Assembly: GCA_002898395.1 (NCBI GenBank)
Contig: BEHE01000003.1
Span: 55,519-119,518, forward strand
Source: Candidatus Calditenuaceae archaeon HR02
GTDB lineage: Archaea; Thermoproteota; Nitrososphaeria_A; Caldarchaeales; Calditenuaceae
Reading direction: 5' to 3'
DNA length: 64,000 nt
In this document: positions 9,886 through 20,352 of the stretch, one piece after another
How positions within the stretch are numbered: position 1 is the first letter of the stretch
Layout: each line of letters starts with the position of its first letter
Translations under genes and position numbers: made by a program
Notes under the pieces: generated by a model
The model's database searches: none
What the model was told of the DNA's origin: nothing
What the model saw: the letters and a program-made list of their open reading frames with translations, nothing else

Positions 9886-10686
9886 CTAGGCCGACCTGGA
9901 GAAGAAGTCCATTCTCCCCCCATCTACGGAGATTACTTGGCCGGTGATGAATCCGGCCCGGTCGGAGGCTAGGAAGGCGACTACCTCCGCTATGTCCTCG
10001 GGCTCACCTACCCGCCTCAAAGAGGTTATCGACTCCAGTTGCCTGATAGCCGCCTGCAGCTCCTCGGCTGGCCTATTCATCGTCATATCGGTCTTCGTGA
10101 AGCCAGGTGCTACAGCGTTCACTGTTATCCCATACTCTCCCAGCTCGAATGCAAGCCTCTTGGTCAGAGTTATTATCGCCCCCTTGGTCATGGCGTAGTA
10201 GGTCGTGTTCCGCGAGGTGGTTCCGAAGGCTGCTATAGAGGCTATGTTGATGATTCTGCCATACCGCTGCTTTATCATGTATTTGAGGCTCGCGGCTATG
10301 CAGTAAATGACGCCCTTGACGTTGACCTCGAACACTCGGTCCAGTATGCTTATGTCGTCAAGCACTCCACCCCTTATGAGGATTCCTGCGTTATTGACGA
10401 GTATATCCAGCCTGCCGAAGGCTTTAACAGCCTTCTCGACCATCGCCTCAACCTCCACTTTTGACGAGATATCCGCTCTAATCGCTATCGCCTCCCCACC
10501 CCACTCAACTATCCGAGAAACCACTTTACTCGCAGCCTCCTCACTCTTGCTATAATTACAGACGACCTTCGCACCACTGAGCCCAAGTTTAGTCGCTATC
10601 GCAGCACCTATCCCGCGCGAAGCACCAGTCACAAGTGCTACACGACCCTTCAGAGAATCGGAGACCATCAGAACACCTGTAAGCAC
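9886..10686 (-). CDS. SDR family oxidoreductase (FabG-like)
   Basis: TGASRGIG, NNAG, YAMTK (YxxxK). Confidence 0.92.
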   Translation of the reverse strand: MLTGVLMVSDSLKGRVALVTGASRGIGAAIATKLGLSGAKVVCNYSKSEEAASKVVSRIVEWGGEAIAIRADISSKVEVEAMVEKAVKAFGRLDILVNNAGILIRGGVLDDISILDRVFEVNVKGVIYCIAASLKYMIKQRYGRIINIASIAAFGTTSRNTTYYAMTKGAIITLTKRLAFELGEYGITVNAVAPGFTKTDMTMNRPAEELQAAIRQLESITSLRRVGEPEDIAEVVAFLASDRAGFITGQVISVDGGRMDFFSRSA

Positions 10687-10737
10687 TCCACGATTTATGT
10701 AATACGTATTTGTCTAAGTCCTCTATCTCTTTATCAT

Positions 10738-11286
10738 GTGCGGTTCGGAATAGTGACTGCAATCATAACTCTCGGAGCGTATACTGTGCTAGGTTTGGCA
10801 TTAGCTCCTATCGATGGTAGGGAGGGGTTTGCCTTAATCCCAAGGGATGTGGCTTCATTCTTTCCCCACATCATAGCCGTAATCAATCTGTCCACGGTGG
10901 TTCTTCTTCAGCTAGGGTACCGAAGCATCCGGGGAAAAAGGATATCCCTGCATGCAGTTTTCATGGGCGCCTCCTTCACACTTATAGTAGCATTCCTAGT
11001 CCTATATGTTTTGAAGGTTGCCACACTGGGTCCAGAGGCCTACAAGGGGCCAGAAATCCTGCGAAACTTAGTCTACCTCCCCGCCTTAACAATACATCTG
11101 ACACTCTCCATCATATCTGTCCCACTCGTAGTATACAACGCCCTGACTGGACTCTGGCTCAGAGCGCAGGCGGGGATATCACATCATCGACGTGTGGGGA
11201 GAATAGCCTACCCTGCGTGGACAGTCAGCCTAGTCTTGGGGCTACTCGTCTATGCTATGCTACGACTTCCGATAGGTGGGGGTTAG
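10738..11286 (+). CDS. DUF420 family membrane protein
   Basis: Several TM helices, ISLHAVFM, AFLVLYV, IHLTLS, HRRVGRIAYPAW pattern. Confidence 0.75.
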   Translation: MRFGIVTAIITLGAYTVLGLALAPIDGREGFALIPRDVASFFPHIIAVINLSTVVLLQLGYRSIRGKRISLHAVFMGASFTLIVAFLVLYVLKVATLGPEAYKGPEILRNLVYLPALTIHLTLSIISVPLVVYNALTGLWLRAQAGISHHRRVGRIAYPAWTVSLVLGLLVYAMLRLPIGGG

Positions 11287-12284
11287 GTGACGGAAACAGC
11301 CCCACTCATTATCTCCAAGGCTCTGTGACAGGCTACAAAGTGACCCGGCAAATACTCGATTAGCGCCGGCTTCTCGATTCTACATCTCTCAGTAGCTACT
11401 GGGCATCGTGTGTGGAATTTACAGCCGCTGGGCGGGTTCAGGGGGCTGGGCGGCTCCCCCCTAATCACTGGCCTCTTTTTCCGCCTGTTGGCCGGGTCAG
11501 GCTCGGGAACACTGTTTAAGAGCAGGATGGTGTAGGGGTGGATTGGCGTCTTCAGGACGCTTGCCGTTAAACCGGTCTCAGCTATCTCGCCGAGATACAT
11601 GACGGCAATCCTCTCCGAGACATACCTAGCCGTAGCTATATCGTGTGTGATGTAGAGGACACCCATCTCCCTACTATCCCTTATGCTCTTCAGGAGTAGG
11701 AGAATCTCAGCCCTGCTTGATGCGTCGATCATCGAGACCGGCTCGTCGGCGACGATATACTCTGGGCCGAGGACTAGGGCCCTAGCTATGTTGACTCGCT
11801 GCCTCTGCCCGCCGCTGAGCTCGTGCGGATACCTGTTCACAAATTCCTCAGGCGGGACCAGCTTAACATCCTCAAGAGCTCTATAGACTGCCTCCCTGAT
11901 CTCCTCTTTACGGTATCCATGTATCTCCAGCGGCTCCGCGACTATGTCGCCGATCCTCATAAATGGGTTAAGACTGGAGTATGGGTCTTGAAAGATTATC
12001 TGCATCTTCTTTCTGAAACCCTTAGCGCGAAGCTCCTCTTCCTTCATCCTCGAGATGTCCTGGTCCTTGAAGACTACTTTCCCCGCGGTCACATCTAAGA
12101 GTCTGAGAGAGACCCTTCCGAGAGTGGATTTTCCACAGCCTGACTCTCCTACAACGGCCACGGTCTCTCTCTTCCTAATCGAGAGCGTCACGCCGTCTAG
12201 AGCTTTTAGAATCTTCGAGCCCAGCAGCCCTGACCTGACCTCGTAATATTTTTTAACATTCTCGAGACGTATTACCTCCTCCAC
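11283..12284 (-). CDS. Peptide ABC transporter ATP-binding subunit (OppF/DppF)
   Basis: GESGCGKS, LSGGQRQR, ADEP, C-terminal GCKFHTRCP. Confidence 0.95.
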   Translation of the reverse strand: MEEVIRLENVKKYYEVRSGLLGSKILKALDGVTLSIRKRETVAVVGESGCGKSTLGRVSLRLLDVTAGKVVFKDQDISRMKEEELRAKGFRKKMQIIFQDPYSSLNPFMRIGDIVAEPLEIHGYRKEEIREAVYRALEDVKLVPPEEFVNRYPHELSGGQRQRVNIARALVLGPEYIVADEPVSMIDASSRAEILLLLKSIRDSREMGVLYITHDIATARYVSERIAVMYLGEIAETGLTASVLKTPIHPYTILLLNSVPEPDPANRRKKRPVIRGEPPSPLNPPSGCKFHTRCPVATERCRIEKPALIEYLPGHFVACHRALEIMSGAVSVT

Positions 12285-12287
12285 TCC

Positions 12288-13250
12288 TCACTCACCGTGA
12301 AGCCAACACCTAGCTACGTGTCCCTCACCAACTTTGAAGAGTGGTGGCTCTTCACTCCTGCACTTGTCAAAGACATAGGGGCATCTTGGATGGAACCTGC
12401 ATCCGGGGGGCGGGGATGCTAGGTCTGGTGGGCGGCCCGGAATGAATTCGGGTATAGTCTCTCCCCTGAGCCTCGGTATGCTCGCCAGCAGCTTCTCGGT
12501 ATATGGGTGCTTAGGTGCTTCGCCTAGAACCCTCTCAGCCGACCCAAGCTCAACAATCTGCCCACCATACATAACCATTATTCTATCCGCAATATCGCTG
12601 GCCAGTGCTAAGTCGTGTGTGATGAACATTACACTTAGGCTGAGCTTCTCGATGAGGTCTTTGACAAGGTTTATTATTTGGGCTTGGATGGTCACGTCGA
12701 GTGCCGAGGTTGGCTCATCGAGTATCAGAATTCTAGGGTTCATGACCAGCGACATAGCGATGACGATTCTCTGCCTCATTCCCCCGCTCAGCTCGTGAGG
12801 ATACCTGTAGTAGAACTCGCGCGGCAGCCCTACGAGCTCAATCATGTCCATAGCCCTTCTCTGAGCTTCTCCCCTTGAGGCCCCGCCGTTATATATGAGA
12901 GGCTCGGCAATTTGATCGCCCACCTTTAGGACAGGGTTCAGAGAGTTCATCGCCCCTTGGAAAACCATCGATATGACCCTCCAGCTATACCTCCTCCTGA
13001 AATCGGATAGGCTAAGGGATAGGATCTCCTCACCGTTGATGTAGACGCGGCCTGAGACTATAGAGGCGTTGGCTGGGAGAGCCCTTATCAGGGTTAAGCC
13101 TAGGGTGGACTTGCCGCTCCCTGACTCGCCTACAACGGCGAGGCTCTCACCCCGCGCCAAGCTGAAAGACACGTCGTCGACAGCCCGTACAGTCCCTTTC
13201 TCCGTTCTGTAGTAGACCTTCAGCCCCTCAACTGTTAGTGCCTCATTCAT
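12288..13250 (-). CDS. Peptide ABC transporter ATP-binding subunit (OppD/DppD)
   Basis: GESGSGKS, LSGGMRQR, LDEPT, GCRFHPRCP. Confidence 0.95.
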   Translation of the reverse strand: MNEALTVEGLKVYYRTEKGTVRAVDDVSFSLARGESLAVVGESGSGKSTLGLTLIRALPANASIVSGRVYINGEEILSLSLSDFRRRYSWRVISMVFQGAMNSLNPVLKVGDQIAEPLIYNGGASRGEAQRRAMDMIELVGLPREFYYRYPHELSGGMRQRIVIAMSLVMNPRILILDEPTSALDVTIQAQIINLVKDLIEKLSLSVMFITHDLALASDIADRIMVMYGGQIVELGSAERVLGEAPKHPYTEKLLASIPRLRGETIPEFIPGRPPDLASPPPGCRFHPRCPYVFDKCRSEEPPLFKVGEGHVARCWLHGE

Positions 13251-14675
13251 CTATGCTCTGGTCCTCCCCCTAACCCTCGGGTTGACGACAGGCTCAAGTC
13301 CCAGAGAGATCATCACGAATGTGAGCGAAGTAATTATTATTAGTATTCCAGGTGGCAGTATCCACCACCAGTAGCCAAGATATACCGCCGCGCTTCTGAA
13401 TCCAAGCTCGAGTATCTGACCCCAAGTTGGGAGAGAGGGGTCTCCGAGACCGAGGAAGCTCAGCGCAGCCTCAAGGAGTATGAAGCTGGGTGTGAAGAAG
13501 ATAATCTGTGCGATTATGAAGGGGGCTATGTGTGGGAAGATGTGCCGCGCCAGTATTCTCAGCCTAGAAGCCCCTACGGCGCGGGCCGATTCTATGAACT
13601 GTGTTTCGCGGAGCTGTAAGACGATCGATCTCGTAACTATTGTTAGACCTGGCCAGCCGAAGGCCACGAAGGCGAAGATGATTATCCATAACTTAGCGCC
13701 GAAGCTGAAGACTAGGAATATCAATATGGGGAGTAGCGGAATGTTATTCACAAAGTCTGCCAGCCTCTGGATTATATTGTCTATTCTGCCACCCATGTAT
13801 CCGCTCACTAGTCCTAGTGTAGCACCTATGCCCGTTACTATGACAGAGGTGATTACGCCTATGAATAGAGATATGGGGAATCCTAGGAGAAGACCAGTGG
13901 CTAGGTCACGCCCAATCACGTCAGTCCCCATCACGCCATACGCCTCGCCGCCTATCAGGATTCTGACCCGCTCTATACTAGTCTCACCTGTACTCTGAAT
14001 GGCCGTCAGTGTAAATCTATAGACACCATTCAAGGGGGTGATTGAGTCCTCTCTCGGAGTCCCCATCAAGTACCGCTGAGGCCCCTCCTGCAGAATCCTG
14101 TTAGGAGAGACAAGCATGTCGAATCTATCCCCATAGAGCTGTGCTAGGTTTCTCGCAAATTCATCACTAGAGGATATCAATATCCTCTCGGGGGCCTGCT
14201 CAAACCGGAGAATAGGTGGACTCTCACCCGGCCTTGGTGGCGGCACTGTAAGCCTGGCAGCCTCGACCGAGTAGCCATCAGGTCTCACGATAGTTAGGAC
14301 TAAAACTGGGGGTGTGCCTGTGTATCTGAGCTTTTCAACGGCTAGGGTTAAGTATGAGGGATACGTATCAGCCCTGTAATCATAGAGCAAGTCTATCGAC
14401 TTTGTGTTGCCCGAGAGCTGAACACTGCTTGCGATCAGGGTAGTGGTTTCGAGGAGTTTTTTCTCTGAAAACAGGTTAACCCATGCCGGAGGTCCGCTTT
14501 TAGGATAGTCCACCCAATACTGGGGGTTATTCCACTGGCTAGAGATTTCTGCAACTGGGAGGGCCGTAACCGTGTAGAGGGAAACTCCTGTCAGGATGAT
14601 CAGGAGTGCTAGGCCGACCCTTCCTGTCCAGGTTGACCAGAAAATTTTGAAACCTCCCTCGAGCTTAATGCTCAT
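13251..14675 (-). CDS. Peptide ABC transporter permease (OppC-like, large external loop)
   Basis: MGTDVIGRD, FIESARAVGAS (EAA loop), EAALSFLGLG. Confidence 0.92.
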   Translation of the reverse strand: MSIKLEGGFKIFWSTWTGRVGLALLIILTGVSLYTVTALPVAEISSQWNNPQYWVDYPKSGPPAWVNLFSEKKLLETTTLIASSVQLSGNTKSIDLLYDYRADTYPSYLTLAVEKLRYTGTPPVLVLTIVRPDGYSVEAARLTVPPPRPGESPPILRFEQAPERILISSSDEFARNLAQLYGDRFDMLVSPNRILQEGPQRYLMGTPREDSITPLNGVYRFTLTAIQSTGETSIERVRILIGGEAYGVMGTDVIGRDLATGLLLGFPISLFIGVITSVIVTGIGATLGLVSGYMGGRIDNIIQRLADFVNNIPLLPILIFLVFSFGAKLWIIIFAFVAFGWPGLTIVTRSIVLQLRETQFIESARAVGASRLRILARHIFPHIAPFIIAQIIFFTPSFILLEAALSFLGLGDPSLPTWGQILELGFRSAAVYLGYWWWILPPGILIIITSLTFVMISLGLEPVVNPRVRGRTRA

Positions 14676-15718
14676 ATCCTCACCCTTGGGTCAACGACTA
14701 TGTATAGTACCTCTAAGATAAATCTGGCCACTACGTAGACAAGCGTGAACATGTACACAAGCGACAGTATTAATGCCTCATCCGACTGAACTATTGCCTC
14801 AAAAAACAATGTCCCCATGCCCGGCCAGGTGAAGACGGTCTCCGTGAGTATTGCGCCGCCTATAGAGCCCGCAAGTCCCAATATTATGTTTGTCAAGATG
14901 GGCGGTGCGGCCACCCTCATGATATACCTCCTATTTACGAGGTTTTCAGGCAAGCCCTTGACCCGGGCCACTTGGACGAAGTCCTCCTGCGCGATATTCA
15001 AGACAATAGTCCTTGTCACATATATTGTTAAACCGACATTGACGATGACTAAGACTGATATTGGGAGTGCCGCGTGCCAGATAACATCCAGTGCCCGAAG
15101 GAGTGGTTCTGACGGCGGGGGTGAACTGTAGAGACCACCATATGGGAAGAACTTGAGATAGAAAGCAAATATCAGGATGAAGAGTATACCCAGCCACCAT
15201 GTCGGCACAGCGTAACTTATTGCTGAGAGGAAGGACGCGGCCCTATCCAGTCTAGAGCCTGGCCTTGTAGCAATCCTCACGCCGAGGAATATTCCTATCA
15301 GGAAGTTAATCGCAATCGCCGTTGAGACAAGTATCACGGTGTTGGGCAGCCTCTCCATGATTATGTCTGAAATCCGGTTGCTTCCCGTGAATGTTTGGGC
15401 GAGCCTAGCCCTCCCGAGGTCTAGAGTGATGACTCTGAGCAGCATATTGGGCAGACGCTCATACCATGGCCTGTCGAGACCATAGCTCCGGATCAACTCC
15501 CTTCTATACTTGGCGACTGCCTCTTCGAGGGCCTGCGTGTCGTGGATCTGACCCGCAATTGACTGCCTATACAGCCTAACCTCCTCGTTTATGATTGAGG
15601 ACAGTACCCGGTCTGAAAGACCCGTAGCGCCGAATATTACTACTACGAAGAAGAGGACGCCGAATAGAACTAGAATTAGTGATAGCGCCTTGAGGGCGAG
15701 CCTGGTGTATATCCCCAA
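14672..15718 (-). CDS. Peptide ABC transporter permease (OppB-like)
   Basis: YGLDRP, ERLPNT, DFVQVARVKGL, ETVFTWPGMG; TTG start at 15718 inferred. Confidence 0.92.
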   Translation of the reverse strand: MGIYTRLALKALSLILVLFGVLFFVVVIFGATGLSDRVLSSIINEEVRLYRQSIAGQIHDTQALEEAVAKYRRELIRSYGLDRPWYERLPNMLLRVITLDLGRARLAQTFTGSNRISDIIMERLPNTVILVSTAIAINFLIGIFLGVRIATRPGSRLDRAASFLSAISYAVPTWWLGILFILIFAFYLKFFPYGGLYSSPPPSEPLLRALDVIWHAALPISVLVIVNVGLTIYVTRTIVLNIAQEDFVQVARVKGLPENLVNRRYIMRVAAPPILTNIILGLAGSIGGAILTETVFTWPGMGTLFFEAIVQSDEALILSLVYMFTLVYVVARFILEVLYIVVDPRVRI

Positions 15719-15841
15719 GCTGAGGTATTGAATGTGGGAAGCAGTATTAATTCCTAACCCGGAGAGCTTATACGAGAAGACTACTAAGTGCACAGGTTTT
15801 CTTGTAAAAGCTTATATCTGTCAACGGGTCATCCTAGTGCG

Positions 15842-18616
15842 ATGAAAACTGTCCTAAGCAGGTTCGGTTTAAGCGCCTTTGCGGCTGTCATTGGTGTTCT
15901 CCTTCTGCTGTCTAGCACGGCTGTTCCAGTGTATGCGCAGTACGTGGCGCCTCACAGCAAGCCGGGACCGGCCGTCGACTCGATAACGTTTAAGAGGGTT
16001 CCCCTAGACTTGGCCGCGGCAGCGGTAGAGGGTAAAGAAATTGATGCCTACATATTCGGATTAAGGCCGTCACAGGCTAGAGCGATAGTCGGTAAACCAG
16101 GCATTAAACTGTATCCGGCGCCTAGTGGCCTCTATTCCCTTATTCTAAACCCTGCACCGGCTCCGGCAGGCGAGCTGAATCCATTATCAGACAGGGAGAT
16201 ACGCTTTGCACTGAACTACCTCATAAATAGGGATTTCATTGTTAGGGAGCTTTTCGCAGGTTTCGGAGCACCTATGGTCGTGTATCTGACGCCCTGGGAC
16301 TACGACTACATTGCAAACATCGACCTGATACTCCGGTACGACTTCCGCTACGACCCTGCCTACGCATCCCAGATAATTGATGCGAGGATGAGGGCCCTCG
16401 GTGCCGAGAAGATAGGTGGTAAATGGTATTATCAGGGCAAGCCGGTGACGATTAAGTTCATCATCAGGGTCGAGGATGAGAGGCGGCAAATAGGCGATTC
16501 TATTGCATCTGATCTCGAGAAGGCAGGGTTCACTATTGATAGGATGTATATGGAGTTCGGGCCAGCTATTGAGACAGCGTACAACACAGATCCTGGAGAG
16601 TTGAGATGGCACATCTATACTGAGGGCTGGGGAAGGACAGGTATTCTAAAGTATGATAGTGATCCTGGCGCATATATAGCGCCTTGGGAGGGTAACATGC
16701 CCGGCTGGGGCGTGGAGGGGTGGTGGCAATACCAGAACGCTGAGATAGACGAGCTGACGCAGAGGCTCTTCAAGGGTGAATTTGCATCCAAAGAAGAGAG
16801 GGACGCTATGATGAAAAGGGCTCTTGAGCTGGGACTTACAGATGCCGTTAGGCTCTGGATTGCAACGAGGTTAGACTCTTACCTTGCTAGGGAAGAACTC
16901 ACCGGAATTAGCCAAGACATTGGAGCCGGCTTGCGGTCGCTATTGGTCTGGAGAAACGCCTATGTTCGCGGCAAATCGGACTTGACACTCGGGCACCTCT
17001 GGGTCTGGACAACAAGGACCGTCTGGAACCCCATGCAGGTAGCATTAGTTGGCGGATTCGTCGATGTATACTCAGTTGACGAGGCGTATCTCACGTCCGA
17101 CCCAAGTACTTGGATCCACCCCTATACGGGCATTCCAATCCCATTCCGCTCCAGCTGGGAGGTTAGAACGGCAGGGCCTGCTGGCTCGATCAATGTTCCG
17201 GCTGACGCCTATGTCTGGGACGCAGCAAACGATAGATGGGTCTCTGCAGGTGGTGCTACCGCAAAGAGCGTAGTGACCTTCGACTATTCAAAGTTCTTAC
17301 AGAGCGCATGGCACCATGGAATACAAATATCTCTCGCAGACCTACTCTACCATGTAGCTACACGGTTCGAAGTAGCGTTCGATGAAGAGAAAAAAGCCCT
17401 CGAGCCCGCTATATCGGGGACACTATCCCCCTCACTTGAACCGGTTAAGGGGATACGGATTCTGCCAGATAATAGGGTTGAGGTATATATCGACTACTGG
17501 TTCTTCGATAATGCATACATCGCGCAGTTCGCGGAGCTGTGGCCTGCTCTAATGGTGCCCTGGGAGGTTATAGCGGCTACTGACAGGCTTAACTATGTCG
17601 AGAAGAAGTATGCGTATGGCGGCAGCTCCGCTGCAGCGAGAGGAGTTAAGTGGATTAATCTAGTCCTTGCTGAACACGCCGCGGATGTGGTGGCCGAGCT
17701 GGAAAAGATGAAGTCTGAGGGATTCTTCCCCGAGAACTACTTCAGGATGGGTGACAGAGTCTTCGAGACGATAGATGATGCCATGGGGAGATATGAGGCG
17801 GCCATTGGATGGGGGAATGAGCATAAACATATGTGGATAAGCAACGGCCCATTCTACCTCGACACATTCGACTCAGCCGCCCAGACCTCTGTTCTGAAGG
17901 CCTTCAGAGACCCTACCTACCCGTTCAAGCCCGGAGACAACTTCTACCCCTTCATCACTCCTGTCCAGATACTCAGGATAGGTAAGGGCACCGTGGTTCC
18001 TGGCTCCTCTGCCCAGTTCCTAATAGATGCTGAAGGTGAGGGGGTGTTGAAGTCTAGATATCTTATCAGGGATGTGGCGACGGGTCAGATACTGACTGTT
18101 GGCGACTCGGAGTCCGTGACGCCCAAGAGGATGCTCATCCGCCTATCACCAGATTTCACGTCAAAGCTTACACCTGGAGCACTCTACGAGCTAATAGTCG
18201 CCACTTATAGCGAGGACGCTGCGACGATCTCTGTCTCCAGGGACTTTTTCGACGTCCTAAGCTTAGCGCCTGTGGAGCGGGAGATCGAAGCTGTCTCAAA
18301 GGAGCTCACAGATAGGCTCAGGACTGTCTCAGAGGATCTTGCAAAAGCCATCTCAGGACTTGGAGCAGCAGTATCGAGTGTAGACAGTAAACTTGACAGG
18401 ACGGCTGACAATATCCGGAGTGAGGTGAGGAGTAGCGTGGAGGACGTGAGAGCTCGTGTCGATGCAGCCACAAACACTCTGACCAACGATATAAGAAACC
18501 TCCAGGCAGTGGCTCAGAGCACGCTGACAGTAGCGCAGATAGTCATGGCCTTAGCCGTAGTAGCCATTATACTGTCAGTCGTTTCAGTAGTCAGGCGTCC
18601 TAAGGCACCAGCATAA
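15842..18616 (+). CDS. Peptide ABC transporter substrate-binding protein with C-terminal coiled coil and membrane anchor
   Basis: Signal peptide, NPLSDREIRFALNYLINR (SBP family 5), heptad-rich tail and C-terminal TM helix; divergent from the permeases. Confidence 0.85.
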   Translation: MKTVLSRFGLSAFAAVIGVLLLLSSTAVPVYAQYVAPHSKPGPAVDSITFKRVPLDLAAAAVEGKEIDAYIFGLRPSQARAIVGKPGIKLYPAPSGLYSLILNPAPAPAGELNPLSDREIRFALNYLINRDFIVRELFAGFGAPMVVYLTPWDYDYIANIDLILRYDFRYDPAYASQIIDARMRALGAEKIGGKWYYQGKPVTIKFIIRVEDERRQIGDSIASDLEKAGFTIDRMYMEFGPAIETAYNTDPGELRWHIYTEGWGRTGILKYDSDPGAYIAPWEGNMPGWGVEGWWQYQNAEIDELTQRLFKGEFASKEERDAMMKRALELGLTDAVRLWIATRLDSYLAREELTGISQDIGAGLRSLLVWRNAYVRGKSDLTLGHLWVWTTRTVWNPMQVALVGGFVDVYSVDEAYLTSDPSTWIHPYTGIPIPFRSSWEVRTAGPAGSINVPADAYVWDAANDRWVSAGGATAKSVVTFDYSKFLQSAWHHGIQISLADLLYHVATRFEVAFDEEKKALEPAISGTLSPSLEPVKGIRILPDNRVEVYIDYWFFDNAYIAQFAELWPALMVPWEVIAATDRLNYVEKKYAYGGSSAAARGVKWINLVLAEHAADVVAELEKMKSEGFFPENYFRMGDRVFETIDDAMGRYEAAIGWGNEHKHMWISNGPFYLDTFDSAAQTSVLKAFRDPTYPFKPGDNFYPFITPVQILRIGKGTVVPGSSAQFLIDAEGEGVLKSRYLIRDVATGQILTVGDSESVTPKRMLIRLSPDFTSKLTPGALYELIVATYSEDAATISVSRDFFDVLSLAPVEREIEAVSKELTDRLRTVSEDLAKAISGLGAAVSSVDSKLDRTADNIRSEVRSSVEDVRARVDAATNTLTNDIRNLQAVAQSTLTVAQIVMALAVVAIILSVVSVVRRPKAPA

Positions 18617-18769
18617 ATCTGAAAACCTTTTTTATATATAAAACATCAATCTGATGAAAATTCAAAAATTTTTAGACATTTTTTACAATTAAATGGGATT
18701 TTTTGCGAACATCTGACGGCATATTTATATTCTCCTACGGCGTCGCTTTTATCTCAAAGTGAGCTAATC

Positions 18770-19990
18770 ATGGTAGATACTGGTGATACCTCCTGGGTAC
18801 TGGTCTCAGCCGCGCTTGTTATGTTGATGACGCCGGGTCTCGGCTTTTTCTACGCCGGCCTCTCGAGGAGGAAGAATGTTTTAGCCGTCTTGATGCAGTG
18901 CTTCATAGCTGTGGCTACAATCTCTGTCGTATGGACGCTCTGGGGGTATAGCCTGGCCTTCGGCCCCAGCCGGGGGGGATTTATAGGTGGTCTGGATTGG
19001 CTCGGCCTATCCGGTGTTGGTGGTGAGCCTAACCCCGACTATGCTGCCACAATCCCGCATTCAACATATATGCTGTTCCAATTAATGTTCGCCATAATAA
19101 CTCCAGCACTGATAGTTGGGGCATTCGCGGAGCGTGTCAGGTTCGGGCCATTCCTACTATTTCTCGTCCTCTGGTCGACACTTGTCTACTCGCCGATAGC
19201 TCACTGGGTCTGGGGTGCTGGGGGCTGGCTGAGGAGTTTAGGTGCCCTTGACTTCGCAGGCGGGACGGTCGTCCACATAAGCTCTGGAGTCTCAGCCCTC
19301 GTGGCGGCGATGGTGATAGGTAGGCGGATAGGCTATGGTAGCTTTGCGATGGAGCTAAGCAGCCCTACGCTTGTCATACTAGGCGCGGCGCTCCTGTGGT
19401 TCGGCTGGTTCGGCTTCAACGGCGGCAGTGCACTGTCCTCTGGTGGCCTCGCCTCAAGCGCTTTTATGGCCACGCACCTAGCAGCCTCAGCAGCCGCTCT
19501 GACTTGGATGGTAGTGGGCTGGATACATAAGGGCAAGCCCAGTAGCATAGGAGCCGCAAGCGGAGCTGTGGCTGGCCTAGTAGCAATAACGCCAGCCTCA
19601 GGTTTTGTAGGGCCTCAATCGGCTCTATTGATAGGCGGAGTAGCCGGAATCCTATGCTACGTGGGTGTGAACCTAAGGGCGATGCTTGGCGTTGACGACT
19701 CACTCGACGTATGGGGTGTCCACGGTGTAGGAGGCACCTGGGGGTCTATAGCAACAGGAATATTCGCAGACGCTACGATAAATCCCGCAGGTGCCAATGG
19801 ACTTCTTCTAGGCAACCCCTCACTACTGGGAGTGCAGCTTATAGGGGTCGCCGCAACCTGGGCCTACGCTGGCGCCATGACATTCATCATAGTCAAGCTC
19901 GTGGACAAGCTGGTAGGACTGCGCGTTAAGCCGATGGAGGAGATGATAGGGCTGGATATAACGCAACACGGTGAATACGCGGTTGTGTGA
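18770..19990 (+). CDS. amtB: Ammonium transporter
   Basis: DFAGGTVVH, LWFGWFGFNGGS, DDSLDVWGVHG. Confidence 0.97.
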   Translation: MVDTGDTSWVLVSAALVMLMTPGLGFFYAGLSRRKNVLAVLMQCFIAVATISVVWTLWGYSLAFGPSRGGFIGGLDWLGLSGVGGEPNPDYAATIPHSTYMLFQLMFAIITPALIVGAFAERVRFGPFLLFLVLWSTLVYSPIAHWVWGAGGWLRSLGALDFAGGTVVHISSGVSALVAAMVIGRRIGYGSFAMELSSPTLVILGAALLWFGWFGFNGGSALSSGGLASSAFMATHLAASAAALTWMVVGWIHKGKPSSIGAASGAVAGLVAITPASGFVGPQSALLIGGVAGILCYVGVNLRAMLGVDDSLDVWGVHGVGGTWGSIATGIFADATINPAGANGLLLGNPSLLGVQLIGVAATWAYAGAMTFIIVKLVDKLVGLRVKPMEEMIGLDITQHGEYAVV

Positions 19991-20005
19991 GGGGGTGGGA
20001 GCTGG

Positions 20006-20347
20006 ATGAAGATGGTGCACGCTGTTATAAGGCCTGAGCTCCTTGAAGAGGTAAAAAGGTCGCTTGAGAAGGAGGGATTCTTCGGGCTCACAGTCTACGA
20101 CGTGAGGGGGCGCGGGAGGCAGGACAGCTTCTCGTGGAAGGTAAGGGGGAACGTCTACAAGATAGACCTGCTGCCTAAGCTAAAGATAGAGATAGTGGTT
20201 GAAGATGACCAGGCCGGAAGAGTCGCAGAGATAATACAGTCAGCGGCTTCAACTGGAGAGATAGGTGATGGAAAAATATTCATCACACATGTCGAGGAGG
20301 CCATACGAATTAGGACGGGTGAGCGGGGCCCCGAGGCTGTAAAGTAG
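20006..20347 (+). CDS. glnK: P-II nitrogen regulator
   Basis: GRGRQ, DLLPKLKIEIVV, TGEIGDGKIF, IRIRTGE; follows amt. Confidence 0.95.
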   Translation: MKMVHAVIRPELLEEVKRSLEKEGFFGLTVYDVRGRGRQDSFSWKVRGNVYKIDLLPKLKIEIVVEDDQAGRVAEIIQSAASTGEIGDGKIFITHVEEAIRIRTGERGPEAVK

Positions 20348-20352
20348 AGCCC

